DNA of 64,000 bases from the IMG/VR virus record IMGVR_UViG_3300032053_000002, positions 228,724 to 292,723 of that record; one strand, 5' to 3'. The notes beneath the pieces are model-generated. The model had not been told where the DNA came from and did no database searches. It worked only from the letters and a program-made list of their open reading frames with translations. The number at the start of each line of letters is the position of its first letter. The first letter of the stretch is position 1. Positions 39,000-48,343 of this stretch are shown here, one piece after another. Made by a program: the position numbers and the translations under genes.

Positions 39000-39383
39000 T
39001 TACTTTAACGTAAGACCGACCGTTGTAATTATTAGCAATGAAGTGGCAATCCGATATATCCATATTTCTATATCTTTATCTTTTAGCTGTTTGTTTACTA
39101 CCGCAAGTTGCTCTTTTCTGAATTCTAGTTGAATATCTTTTTTTGCCATAATAGAATCAGCAAGCTGATTTGCTCTTTGTAACTCATATACTTCTGATTG
39201 GAATAAAGAGCATCGCTGTTCGTATAAATTATTCAAATATTCGCAATTTGATAGTTCGGAATCCACTTCAGTATATGTATGTTTCAGAAATTCCCAATCT
39301 TCCCTCGCGACTTTTATAGAATCTTGCGCAAATAAATTAACAGAAAGAAATAATAATAAAACTAAAAATATAAACTTTTTCAT
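39000..39383 (-). CDS. Signal-peptide coiled-coil protein with C-terminal TM (spanin-like candidate)
   Basis: MKKFIFLVLLLFLSVNLFA-QD; C-terminal hydrophobic helix; 4-nt overlap with upstream gene. Confidence 0.55.
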   Translation of the reverse strand: MKKFIFLVLLLFLSVNLFAQDSIKVAREDWEFLKHTYTEVDSELSNCEYLNNLYEQRCSLFQSEVYELQRANQLADSIMAKKDIQLEFRKEQLAVVNKQLKDKDIEIWIYRIATSLLIITTVGLTLK

Positions 39384-39721
39384 TTATACTTCTCCAAAAT
39401 ACTTTTCGCCAAATCACGTTTTTCTTTTAAGTTTTGTTGTTTCTTTTTATGTTCTTCAATTTGTTTATCTAGAAGTTTTCCTTGTTCGTCCAATTGATTA
39501 GCGTTATCTAAATGCAACTTTCGCTCATTTTCCAGTGCCTTTATCGTGTTTTGTAAGTACGCAATTTCTTTTTCCAGTTGTTTTAATCTTTCTTCACTAC
39601 CATCTTTTTTCAAAATCAACCGATAAAGAATTATCATGCCAATAAGGACGAGCGCTCCCCATACCCATTGAAGAACGGATTTCAATTTTTGACAAAACAT
39701 TTTATTTTTCTCCTGCGGCAA
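39380..39721 (-). CDS. N-terminal TM + coiled-coil protein (i-spanin-like candidate)
   Basis: WVWGALVLIGMIILYRLIL then heptad coiled coil. Confidence 0.55.
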   Translation of the reverse strand: MPQEKNKMFCQKLKSVLQWVWGALVLIGMIILYRLILKKDGSEERLKQLEKEIAYLQNTIKALENERKLHLDNANQLDEQGKLLDKQIEEHKKKQQNLKEKRDLAKSILEKYK

Positions 39722-39722
39722 C

Positions 39723-41300
39723 TTATATCGCTTTATTGGTTTCGGCGCTTCCTATCTGAGTCACTCTTTTTTTCGCACGTTTACGGCTAAGCCCTCCAGG
39801 AATTTCGTTAAACATAACGAATTTTAGCTCTTCCCGAACCAACTGACGAACTTTCTGAACTTCTTTGCTTTCTTTCGCAACGATTTGATCGCGTTTTTTT
39901 GCTTTCAATCTTTTTGTCGGGTTATATTCTGGCTCACCCGCTGCCTGAGAAACTGGCTCAAGAGTTTCTTTTTTAATTTTTTCATCTTTGCATTCAGATT
40001 TGCCTTTCCAATTTTTTTCCACGTATGAAAAGAATTCATCTTTTTTGTCGCCTAAGTCGGCTGGCGATTTTGCACCGAACTTCTCAAGTGCGTCTTTGAA
40101 GAATTGCTGATATTCATTGGTTTCTTCTGCCAAGACTTCTTTGATAAGCCCTTTTAATTCTGACATTTTGATCTTCATCGTATTTTCTCCTAGTTGATTA
40201 TTTTCGTTCTTTTTATTTTTTATTGCGTGTCCTTCAAATCCATACGCAATTTTCCAAGCATCGTCTCTGTCAATTTGCGGATTTGCTTTCATTATCGCTC
40301 TTGCCATTGAAGTAGCATCGGGATATACGACAGCTAAAGCGGATTTAATTGCGTTTTCAAATTTCTTTTCCTGAGCTGCGGAAACTTCCTTTATCATCGT
40401 ATTCTCTCCTTGTTGTATATTTTCTTTTATCATCACAGTATTATTGCCACTAAATTGCAAATCTAATACTGTTTTATGTCCTTGTTGTTGCATATATTTT
40501 GCAAATTTTTGAGCGTCGGTTTTGTCGCTAAAACGGAATTCCAATCCTTCTTTTCCTTTACTAACCGGTTTCCCAACAGATACCAATTTCATTTTTTTAG
40601 CAACTGGTAAACCGTCGTCAAGTGCCTTTTTGAATTTTTTTGGAATAGGACTCGTTATGCGAAATTTAGGTTTTTGTTTAGCACCGGTTACGTCACCCGC
40701 TTTCGTTTTTTGTCCCGAAACAGTTACTACGGTATTGGGTCTAACCTCGTGTTTTTCAGAGTATTTTGTAAATTCATCTTTATCCGCAAATTCTAATTCT
40801 TTCAATGAATTTTCTTTTATTGCCACATAATCTTTAGTCCGTAATTTATCTTCCAAATTTATCGGGGATATTCTTGCAGATTTTATTTGTTTATCATCTG
40901 GAATAATCATATAATTAAAATTTTTATCGTCATATTTTATTGTCGCAGTCAACCACCCCTTTCCAGAACCTTTGTAGAATTTTTCAAACTTTATTCTAAA
41001 CGGTTTCAAATGCGCAGAAAGTTTATTTAATCGCGACAAATTATATTTTCCGCCTTCATTCATTTTATTTTCTCCTAATCGTTTTATATTCGCCGGTATT
41101 TTACCGCCTTTTTTCGCCATGTCTTTTTTCAGATCGTCATAGGCGTCAGCGTCAATACCGTGTTCAGTCTCGTTCCATTCTTTCGCTTTGGCGACCAACC
41201 CATCTAAAGTTAAATCACCATTTTCTACATCTACCAAGCCTTCCATATCAGCCTTTCGTTTCGCGTTTTTATTCTTAAAATAATTTATTGGATAGCTCAT
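39723..41300 (-). CDS. Multi-module (polyprotein-like) hypothetical protein
   Basis: 525 aa with three internal RBS + ATG junctions (41063, 40397, 40178). Confidence 0.75.
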   Translation of the reverse strand: MSYPINYFKNKNAKRKADMEGLVDVENGDLTLDGLVAKAKEWNETEHGIDADAYDDLKKDMAKKGGKIPANIKRLGENKMNEGGKYNLSRLNKLSAHLKPFRIKFEKFYKGSGKGWLTATIKYDDKNFNYMIIPDDKQIKSARISPINLEDKLRTKDYVAIKENSLKELEFADKDEFTKYSEKHEVRPNTVVTVSGQKTKAGDVTGAKQKPKFRITSPIPKKFKKALDDGLPVAKKMKLVSVGKPVSKGKEGLEFRFSDKTDAQKFAKYMQQQGHKTVLDLQFSGNNTVMIKENIQQGENTMIKEVSAAQEKKFENAIKSALAVVYPDATSMARAIMKANPQIDRDDAWKIAYGFEGHAIKNKKNENNQLGENTMKIKMSELKGLIKEVLAEETNEYQQFFKDALEKFGAKSPADLGDKKDEFFSYVEKNWKGKSECKDEKIKKETLEPVSQAAGEPEYNPTKRLKAKKRDQIVAKESKEVQKVRQLVREELKFVMFNEIPGGLSRKRAKKRVTQIGSAETNKAI

Positions 41301-41833
41301 CTTACCAACTCATTTTTTTTACAAAAATCAATAATCAGTTTTATATCTTTATCAGAAAAATCTTTTCCGTAGATATTTCTTGCGTAGCCTTTCGTAAGAT
41401 ATTTTTCAAAGTCACCATCAAAGCGACCCTTTGCCGATTCTATTGCGAGCGCAATAAAATGTCTTTCGTCTTCATTCGCCATGTCGCCATCGCTCAACAT
41501 TAAACTTTTTAATCTAGGAAAAGTTGTTGAATAATACTGACCTTGCGTTTTGAAACTTATATTTGGTTTCGGTTTCTCTTCTTCGCCTTTTCCTTCAGGA
41601 GATTGCGGCTCTTTCGGTAAAGACATTCCGCCACCGCCGCCACCACTGGCCTGTTTTACATTGGATTGTCTTTTATCAAAGTTTAATTTTTCTTTGTTAA
41701 AATCTGTTTTTTCTTTATCCACATCAATTTTTTGTTTTTGTAACTTATTTTTTTCTTTTTCCGATTTATCTACGGAAGAAGTTTGTTCTTTTAAAATATT
41801 CCGTATCAATTTCTTTAATTCATTTATTTTCAT
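41297..41833 (-). CDS. Hypothetical protein with leader variant
   Basis: MKINELKKLIRNILKE; start at 41833 preferred. Confidence 0.7.
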   Translation of the reverse strand: MKINELKKLIRNILKEQTSSVDKSEKEKNKLQKQKIDVDKEKTDFNKEKLNFDKRQSNVKQASGGGGGGMSLPKEPQSPEGKGEEEKPKPNISFKTQGQYYSTTFPRLKSLMLSDGDMANEDERHFIALAIESAKGRFDGDFEKYLTKGYARNIYGKDFSDKDIKLIIDFCKKNELVR

Positions 41834-41853
41834 CGTTTTTCTCACCATATATG

Positions 41854-41861
41854 TATAAATA
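41854..41861 (-). promoter_or_regulatory. Candidate late-promoter octamer TATTTATA
   Basis: 20 nt upstream of 41833. Confidence 0.55.
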
Positions 41862-41879
41862 TGATATTTTAATAAAACA

Positions 41880-42125
41880 TCACAATCCTAAAACAATTTT
41901 GATTACGAACGCCAAAAGAACTCCGCCGGCACCTGCCAATAGGCCCCACAACCCGGATTTTATTTGTAAAGAAGTTATATCATTATCCAGTGCACTTATC
42001 TTGTTCAGCAACTCGATCACGTTTTTTCGCAAGTTTTCGTTCTCCGTTTTGAGTTCCCGTACACTTTCAATGATATAAATTTTATATTTATCCCAATCAG
42101 TTCCGTTACTAAGTTCATTACCCAT
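41880..42125 (-). CDS. Coiled-coil + C-terminal TM protein (holin/XhlA-like candidate)
   Basis: C-terminal GLWGLLAGAGGVLLAFVIKIVLGL. Confidence 0.55.
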   Translation of the reverse strand: MGNELSNGTDWDKYKIYIIESVRELKTENENLRKNVIELLNKISALDNDITSLQIKSGLWGLLAGAGGVLLAFVIKIVLGL

Positions 42126-42465
42126 TATCTTCGTCTTCTTCTGATCCGAGTATTTTCAGTTTTCCAGGGTTGTTCGGATCGGGAATAACATCACCATCCG
42201 ATTTATTACACAACGAATCAACCGTATATCCGGCCGTAAATACACCAACCACACTCAACCCACCCGTCGCGATCAATGATGCGTATAAAACTATTGCGGA
42301 AATACAGGTAACAAGCGTATTCTTAAAATGACTACTAAAATACTGTTTAATATCTGCGAATGTTTCGCCCAATATTTTTTTCTTTAGAAAGTGACTAAGA
42401 ACTCCCAGCCACAATACAATAAAGTATAAAAAATAAATTAAAATTTGCATCCAATCGATATTCAT
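42118..42465 (-). CDS. Multi-TM membrane protein (holin-like candidate)
   Basis: Two to three TM segments and an acidic C-terminal tail. Confidence 0.55.
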   Translation of the reverse strand: MNIDWMQILIYFLYFIVLWLGVLSHFLKKKILGETFADIKQYFSSHFKNTLVTCISAIVLYASLIATGGLSVVGVFTAGYTVDSLCNKSDGDVIPDPNNPGKLKILGSEEDEDNG

Positions 42466-43037
42466 GACTTTTCTCCCAATTCTTGTTTTTCTTCTTTTTC
42501 TATTTTTTCAAGTTCAGAGTCAACAAATTTTAGCTCATTTTCCCAGAACTCTTTTATTTTTTCGTCGACCGTCCACTTTTCAAATTCGCCTTTTTCATTT
42601 ACAAACTCAATATATCCTTTTTTCATTTCTTCAAGATAATTCCCGATCTCCGCTTTCGCTTCCGAATAAAACCCCCTTTGTTTGCTTCTAATATATTGTT
42701 TTTCATATTGCTGAAAAGTTCCTTCGGTTATCATTTTCGCGTCTCGTTCAATTAAGCAACTTAAGCAAAATCCGAACTTCCAGTAAACATGCATATCTTT
42801 TGATGCTTTACCGAGAACATTTTTGCATTTAGGGCAAAACAATGGAATATTCGCATCTATTTTCGGAACTTTTACTTTATAACCGTTTTTTTGTTCCCAT
42901 TCCCCATTCTCGTCTTCCCACACATCACCTATTTGATGCAACGTTCTTATATTTGGATTGATATACCCAACTTGGACTTTGGGATTTTCTCCGCGCAAAA
43001 CCGAGCGGATTCGTTTAGGATAAATATATTTGCTCAT
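42462..43037 (-). CDS. Zinc-binding hypothetical protein
   Basis: CPKC...CLSC. Confidence 0.7.
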   Translation of the reverse strand: MSKYIYPKRIRSVLRGENPKVQVGYINPNIRTLHQIGDVWEDENGEWEQKNGYKVKVPKIDANIPLFCPKCKNVLGKASKDMHVYWKFGFCLSCLIERDAKMITEGTFQQYEKQYIRSKQRGFYSEAKAEIGNYLEEMKKGYIEFVNEKGEFEKWTVDEKIKEFWENELKFVDSELEKIEKEEKQELGEKS

Positions 43038-43815
43038 TTTTAACTCCTATAAATTTCTTTTTGGTCATTGATAATTTATATTTTTCATTTCTTTCTTTTT
43101 GTCTTTTATCGGCTTCATTTTTACCATACTTATTTAACCAAATAGAGTATATTGATCTACCATACATAGGATTCTTTTTGCCTCTATTTAAACCTGGATG
43201 CTTTTTACCATAATTAGGATTATCATTATTTGCTCCATATTTTTTATGCCATTCACTCATTTTCTTTTTAGTTTCTTCTGGGTGATGTTTTCCGAAAAAT
43301 GGATTGTTTTCTCCAGACATTCGTATTGATAATTCCGGAAATTTCTTCCCAAAATTAGGATGATTCTTACCTATTCTTTTTTTATTTATTTCTGATAGAT
43401 CAGGTCTTTTCTTACCGTACATGGGATGATTTTTTCCAGTTCTACCATACATACCATTTTTTTTACCACGGCAACTCATCGCGGGCCACGCGCCATTATT
43501 TGCCCAATCATTCCTCTTATAAATTTTTTTATTTACTTTGACTTCATATTTTCGCGCTTCGTCTATTGTATCAAAAGTCCAACGCAATTTCCACTCAAAA
43601 TTATTAGGATTTTTCTTAAATTCCTCTTGAAATGTGCCACTTGTAAAATAATTTTTAGAAAAATCATCCGCCGGACAGATTTTAGAAAAAACGTTAGCAT
43701 ATCTCAATCCATGATATTTTAACCCATCAGATTTCCGTTTAATAAAATATGTATATGGTTTTATTTTAGTAAAATGTTTTGTCTTCAATTTGTTCGCTCT
43801 TTTTTTATAATGCAT
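43015..43815 (-). mobile_element. GIY-YIG-like homing endonuclease with NUMOD3 repeats
   Basis: YTYFIKRKSDGLKYHGLR...YFTS...ARKYE...N; repeated GKNHPMYGK/GENNPFFGKHH. Confidence 0.75.
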
Positions 43816-43842
43816 TTCATTTTTCTAGCCATAATAACTCCT

Positions 43843-44787
43843 TTATGATAATACTACGGTGATGTCGTATCTGTCTAGTGGATCTTCTACACTTCCCGCT
43901 CCAGCGGCGTGTAAACTTCCGTATATTTTTTTAATCTTGCCTTGTTTATCGTGGAACTCAATTTCAAAATTCCAAATTTTACCGGTGGGAGTATTCCAAC
44001 CGATAGAGCCATCTTTCGCATGTGTGTATGTGGCTTTTGTTGTATTCCACTGCAAATTCATTTTTTCAAATTCTTTCCAGATTTTATTTACGCCTTCCCA
44101 GCTATCATCTTTGAAAATCCCCTTTGTAAGCGGGGTTATTTTTTTATAGATGTATCGTTTCGCAGTCTCTTTATCTTTTCCATCTATTTCAGATTCAGTT
44201 TGTTCTCTGAGAACTTTTTTAATTTCTTCGCGAATGATTTCCCTAAGTTTTAAATTTTTCATTGTAGTGTTTTCCTTTACTTTTTTTATTTTTTTCGCCT
44301 TGTTTTTTACTATTTCGTATGGAACTAATTTCTTTCCAGTTGGGATTTTTAATCCTTTCATCCCACCGATAAAATCTATATTTCCGCCCGGAATAGTCAT
44401 TCTTTCCCTATGGTTCATTTCAACATAATCTTCGCTACCGTCTTTATATTTTACTCTGTAAAGAACCTTGGGCGACACTTCTTCTTTTAGTATACCGCGA
44501 TTCCTGAACCATTGTTTATAAAATTGCGGAATAAATCCTTCAAATTTTACATCATACTCTTTTAAGAGCGTCCAATACGCTTCCATTTGCATACTCGGTC
44601 GCTCGTTATTTTGCGATGTGCTCGGCACCAACTTATACCAATTATCTTTTTTCTCAACAACTAAATGATGCGCAAACATACTATCAAATTTAACTCCCAT
44701 TTCATCTATTTTATATTTTTTAGTAATTTCATTAAAAAATTCTTCGTTTACCCACAGTTGATAATTTTCAAACTTTGCGACATACAT
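43843..44787 (-). CDS. Multi-module hypothetical protein with internal leader at 44262
   Basis: Internal MKNLKLREIIREEIKKVLRE. Confidence 0.72.
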   Translation of the reverse strand: MYVAKFENYQLWVNEEFFNEITKKYKIDEMGVKFDSMFAHHLVVEKKDNWYKLVPSTSQNNERPSMQMEAYWTLLKEYDVKFEGFIPQFYKQWFRNRGILKEEVSPKVLYRVKYKDGSEDYVEMNHRERMTIPGGNIDFIGGMKGLKIPTGKKLVPYEIVKNKAKKIKKVKENTTMKNLKLREIIREEIKKVLREQTESEIDGKDKETAKRYIYKKITPLTKGIFKDDSWEGVNKIWKEFEKMNLQWNTTKATYTHAKDGSIGWNTPTGKIWNFEIEFHDKQGKIKKIYGSLHAAGAGSVEDPLDRYDITVVLS

Positions 44788-44799
44788 AATAATTTTCCC

Positions 44800-45462
44800 T
44801 CAATCATTTATAAAAATTATTCGCCTTTTCATTTTTATTTCAACCGCTGACGCTATATTATAATCACTATCCGCAAGCACGGCCGTTTTAATTCCAGTAG
44901 TACCTGTCGCAGTATAAGTTGCCCAACTCATTGCCAATATTTGATTGGATGCAGCTGCGGCGGTATTTCTATCCAGTATTTCTGCAAAAGTTGGAGAACC
45001 TGTTGGCGGGGTGCTGGTTGTTCCATACATAGCAGAACCGATATGAAGATATACATCACCGATATATTGTATATTTAATGGCGGAGCTGTATTCCATGTA
45101 TCAGACACGTTATTCACGTTTACACTACTACTTACTATTGGAGCGGTTTTGTCGGCTCCGCTAAACACCACCATTCCAACACAGGATTCATCAGTTGCCG
45201 AAGCATAAACATTATAAGATGTTGCTTCAGCGACTCCTGCGACTTTCCACCAAACATACTGATGATGTGTTCTGGTAGATAACGGAGCATCAACTATTTT
45301 AGTCCAGGGGGCGGACATGCTTAAAGTATTTGTCGCATCTTTAATAACTCCACCAACAATCATCAGATTTCCAACTCCCACGGCCGGATTGCTGCCAATA
45401 GTTATCGGATTTGCTTGCGACGTCGCACCGGCGAAAGAAGATGTGACAAATGATATTGCCAT
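44800..45462 (-). CDS. Putative virion appendage/decoration protein
   Basis: beta-rich, Ser/Thr/Ala-rich; resembles the N-terminal modules of 56767..58404 and 62050..63348. Confidence 0.6.
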   Translation of the reverse strand: MAISFVTSSFAGATSQANPITIGSNPAVGVGNLMIVGGVIKDATNTLSMSAPWTKIVDAPLSTRTHHQYVWWKVAGVAEATSYNVYASATDESCVGMVVFSGADKTAPIVSSSVNVNNVSDTWNTAPPLNIQYIGDVYLHIGSAMYGTTSTPPTGSPTFAEILDRNTAAAASNQILAMSWATYTATGTTGIKTAVLADSDYNIASAVEIKMKRRIIFIND

Positions 45463-45477
45463 TTTATATCTCTCTTA

Positions 45478-47229
45478 TTAAGGTATTGAACTGCTGTAAA
45501 ATACGGTATAACCTATTGAAGTAACAGTTCCGGTAGTAGCACCAGTCTTTAACCACGCGAATGACCCGGATGTTATTTTCGCGTTCGTAAATGTTTTATA
45601 GAAATCGCCCGTGGTTGTACTTGTACTGGTTGAACTAGTTACATACGTTGGCGCAGTATTCGTTCTGGTTGGATCAAATACTAATGACCACGAGACCGTT
45701 GGTGTTGTTCCAACTAATATAACGGCTATTTCCTGAACCGTCATATCTCTTTTCGCCCTAAACAGTGTTATATTTTCTGTTGCGGATGGACTTTCTATTG
45801 TCACCGCTTTCATTTCAGTCGGTGTCACTCCCGCTGCACCAGCCGCGCCACTGGTTCCCGAAGTTCCGCTTGTTCCACTAGTTCCCGAAGTTCCGCTACT
45901 ACCTCCAGTTCCTGCAGTACCGCTACTACCTCCAGTTCCAGCAGTACCGCTTGTTCCACTACTACCTCCAGTTCCAGCAGTTCCGCTACTACCACCCGTT
46001 CCAGCAGTTCCACTAGTCCCGTCCGTTCCGCTACTACCTCCAGTTCCAGCAGTTCCACTAGTCCCATCCGTTCCGCTACTACCTCCAGTTCCGGCAGTAC
46101 CCGATGTTCCGCTACTACCTCCAGTTCCTGCAGTACCGCTACTACCTCCAGTTCCAGCAGTACCGCTTGTTCCGCTACTACCTCCAGTTCCAGCAGTTCC
46201 GCTACTGCCTCCAGTTCCAGCAGTTCCGCTACTTCCTCCAGTTCCAGCAGTTCCACTAGTCCCGTCCGTTCCACTACTACCACCAGTTCCCGCAGTTCCG
46301 CTGGTTCCGCTACTACCTCCAGTTCCAGCAGTTCCACTAGTACCACTCGTACCACTAGTTCCTGAAGTTCCAGTTCCACCTGTAAGAGTTTGTTTTCTTT
46401 TAACCTGACCGCTTCCAGATTCCCAAACCAATACGTCAGTAAGTCCTTCATTGATACTCGCGGTTGATAGATAAAAAACACTTGCGGAAACTGCTCCAAA
46501 AGAACCCGTTCCGGTAATACTTGCAGTAACGGCCTGAATTTCTTCTATCGATAATATATTACCACCGACATCTAAATATCCAAATGAACCAGTAGCGCTA
46601 GTATATAAACTTCCAGTAATATAAACGTCATGAGTTGTCGCCAGATAACTTCCAGAGTCACTCCACGAACCAGCCCCGCCAACCCCCGAAGTACCACTAG
46701 TTCCGCTGCTACCACCCGTTCCAGCAGTTCCACTTGTTCCGCTACTACCACCCGTTCCCGCAGTTCCGCTACTACCACCAGTTCCAGCCGTACCAGATGT
46801 TCCGCTACTACCACCCGTTCCCGCAGTTCCGCTACTACCACCAGTTCCAGCAGTTCCACTTGTTCCGCTGCTACCACCCGTTCCAGCAGTTCCGCTGCTA
46901 CCTCCAGTTCCGGCGGTTCCAGATGTTCCGCTACTACCTCCAGTTCCAGCCGTTCCGCTTGAACCGCCAGTTCCCGCTGTACCGGATGTTCCACTAGTTC
47001 CTGAAGTTCCACTACCACTGCTTTCACTATTTAACGCATACGATGCAGTTAATGCATAATTCGCATAACTTGAACTGCCAACTATATTTGCAGAAACGTA
47101 TAAACTTCCAGTTATATATACATCACGGGAAATCGCTACATAACTTCCACTGTCAGACCATGCACCGGTGCCAGCTCCAGAAGTCCCGCTTGTACCACTA
47201 CTTCCGAATCTTCCGATAACTAATGACAT
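45478..47229 (-). CDS. Collagen-like (Gly-Thr-X) fibre protein
   Basis: Two long GTSGTAGTGGSS arrays with Gly at every third residue, plus WSDSGSY..DVYITGSLY modules. Confidence 0.8.
   Translation of the reverse strand: MSLVIGRFGSSGTSGTSGAGTGAWSDSGSYVAISRDVYITGSLYVSANIVGSSSYANYALTASYALNSESSGSGTSGTSGTSGTAGTGGSSGTAGTGGSSGTSGTAGTGGSSGTAGTGGSSGTSGTAGTGGSSGTAGTGGSSGTSGTAGTGGSSGTAGTGGSSGTSGTAGTGGSSGTSGTSGVGGAGSWSDSGSYLATTHDVYITGSLYTSATGSFGYLDVGGNILSIEEIQAVTASITGTGSFGAVSASVFYLSTASINEGLTDVLVWESGSGQVKRKQTLTGGTGTSGTSGTSGTSGTAGTGGSSGTSGTAGTGGSSGTDGTSGTAGTGGSSGTAGTGGSSGTAGTGGSSGTSGTAGTGGSSGTAGTGGSSGTSGTAGTGGSSGTDGTSGTAGTGGSSGTDGTSGTAGTGGSSGTAGTGGSSGTSGTAGTGGSSGTAGTGGSSGTSGTSGTSGTSGTSGAAGAAGVTPTEMKAVTIESPSATENITLFRAKRDMTVQEIAVILVGTTPTVSWSLVFDPTRTNTAPTYVTSSTSTSTTTGDFYKTFTNAKITSGSFAWLKTGATTGTVTSIGYTVFYSSSIP
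45851..46380. repeat. Coding tandem repeat array 2 (27/36-nt units)
   Basis: Degenerate units of cagcagttccgctactacctccagttc encoding GTAGTGGSS / GTSGTAGTGGSS; boundaries approximate. Confidence 0.9.
46684..47016. repeat. Coding tandem repeat array 1 (27/36-nt units)
   Basis: Same unit as array 2; boundaries approximate. Confidence 0.9.
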
Positions 47230-47257
47230 GCACTATCCCCAAAATTAAAATTTTATT

Positions 47258-48286
47258 TTATATATATTTTTTCTTTCTAAGTTCCCACGCCCTTCTTAGT
47301 GCGCTTTTATGTTCTTCACTTTTCGGTTTCCCTTTTAATGACAAAGAAAGTTTTTCACTTATTTTTCTTTTGTGTTCTTCTGATTGATGTTTCCCCTTCC
47401 AATATGCGCACTTCTTTCTTATTTCAGGATCTTTCATCGCTTCTTTTGTCGCCCGTGAAATTTTTTCACTCATTTCTGATGACTTCATAATTTCAGAATG
47501 TTTTGAGTTTTTTATTCCTGTTTTTATTCTTTGTTTTGTTTCTTCACTTCTTTTACGACCCGTATGTAATTCTTTTGCGTATTGCGCGAATAACTTTTTA
47601 TTTTCTTCGGTGTGTGTTTTTCCATAGAACGGATTATTTTCACCAAAAAAATTTATACTTCTCATTTTTTCAAGACCGGATTTACTATAAATCTCTTCCC
47701 ACGTTTTTCCTTTTCTTATTTCACTTATTTTTCTACGGCGCTCTTGAGAAAACACTTTCCCCTTTAGAGAGTTGCTTATTTTTTCTCTAACTTCAGGTCG
47801 TTTTACTGGACTATTTTCTCCACTAAGTTTTTCACTCATTTTTTTTCTAAATTCTTTATTTTTCCACCTTTCTTTCATAACTTTACTTATTGATTTAGAT
47901 ATAAGATCTTTAGTATAATCACTCATTTTATAGTTACCATTTTTTCTTCTGGTATTTACTATTTTTCCGACAACCTCGTTTGTAGCTCTTAAACCTTCTC
48001 CTCCATAAGTAAGATTGCATAAGCTATCAATTCCTATTTCATTTATTCTTTTAATCTCTTTTTCATACGCATCATTCTCGTTTTCGGTAATAAAGATTTT
48101 TTTATATTTTATTTTCATGTTCCCATTCATTATCTTTTTAATTTTATTAAAAAGTTTTTTATTTCCATGCGGGATCTTTCCTCTTTTAACATTTTTAGCA
48201 TGAAAATACATTCGTAATCCCGTCCCCTTTCCTATATAAAAAGGTTTGTTATTTCTTGGGTCTATAAGCTCATATACGTAATACAT
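47258..48286 (-). mobile_element. GIY-YIG homing endonuclease with NUMOD3 repeats
   Basis: YYVYELIDPRNNKPFYIGKG...R...AYEKE...NLTYGGEG; multiple NUMOD3 repeats. Confidence 0.85.
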
Positions 48287-48316
48287 TTCAATTTCTCCTT
48301 ATCTCTATATCTTCAA

Positions 48317-48324
48317 TATAAATA
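48317..48324 (-). promoter_or_regulatory. Candidate late-promoter octamer TATTTATA
   Basis: 30 nt upstream of 48286. Confidence 0.55.
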
Positions 48325-48343
48325 GTAAGAAATAAAAAAATTT

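Noticed and set aside
45851-47016. 27/36-nt direct repeats as a possible CRISPR array
   Set aside because: Repeats are contiguous with no unique spacers, degenerate at third codon positions, and in frame within a CDS.
45825-47027. Alternative-frame ORFs with ELEVVAE / RYYHQF repeats
   Set aside because: Stop-free by-products of the Gly-Thr-X repeat DNA in other frames and strands.
9057-48286. Endonuclease genes as group I intron ORFs
   Set aside because: Each lies between complete genes with very short flanks; no split host gene or room for an intron core was seen.
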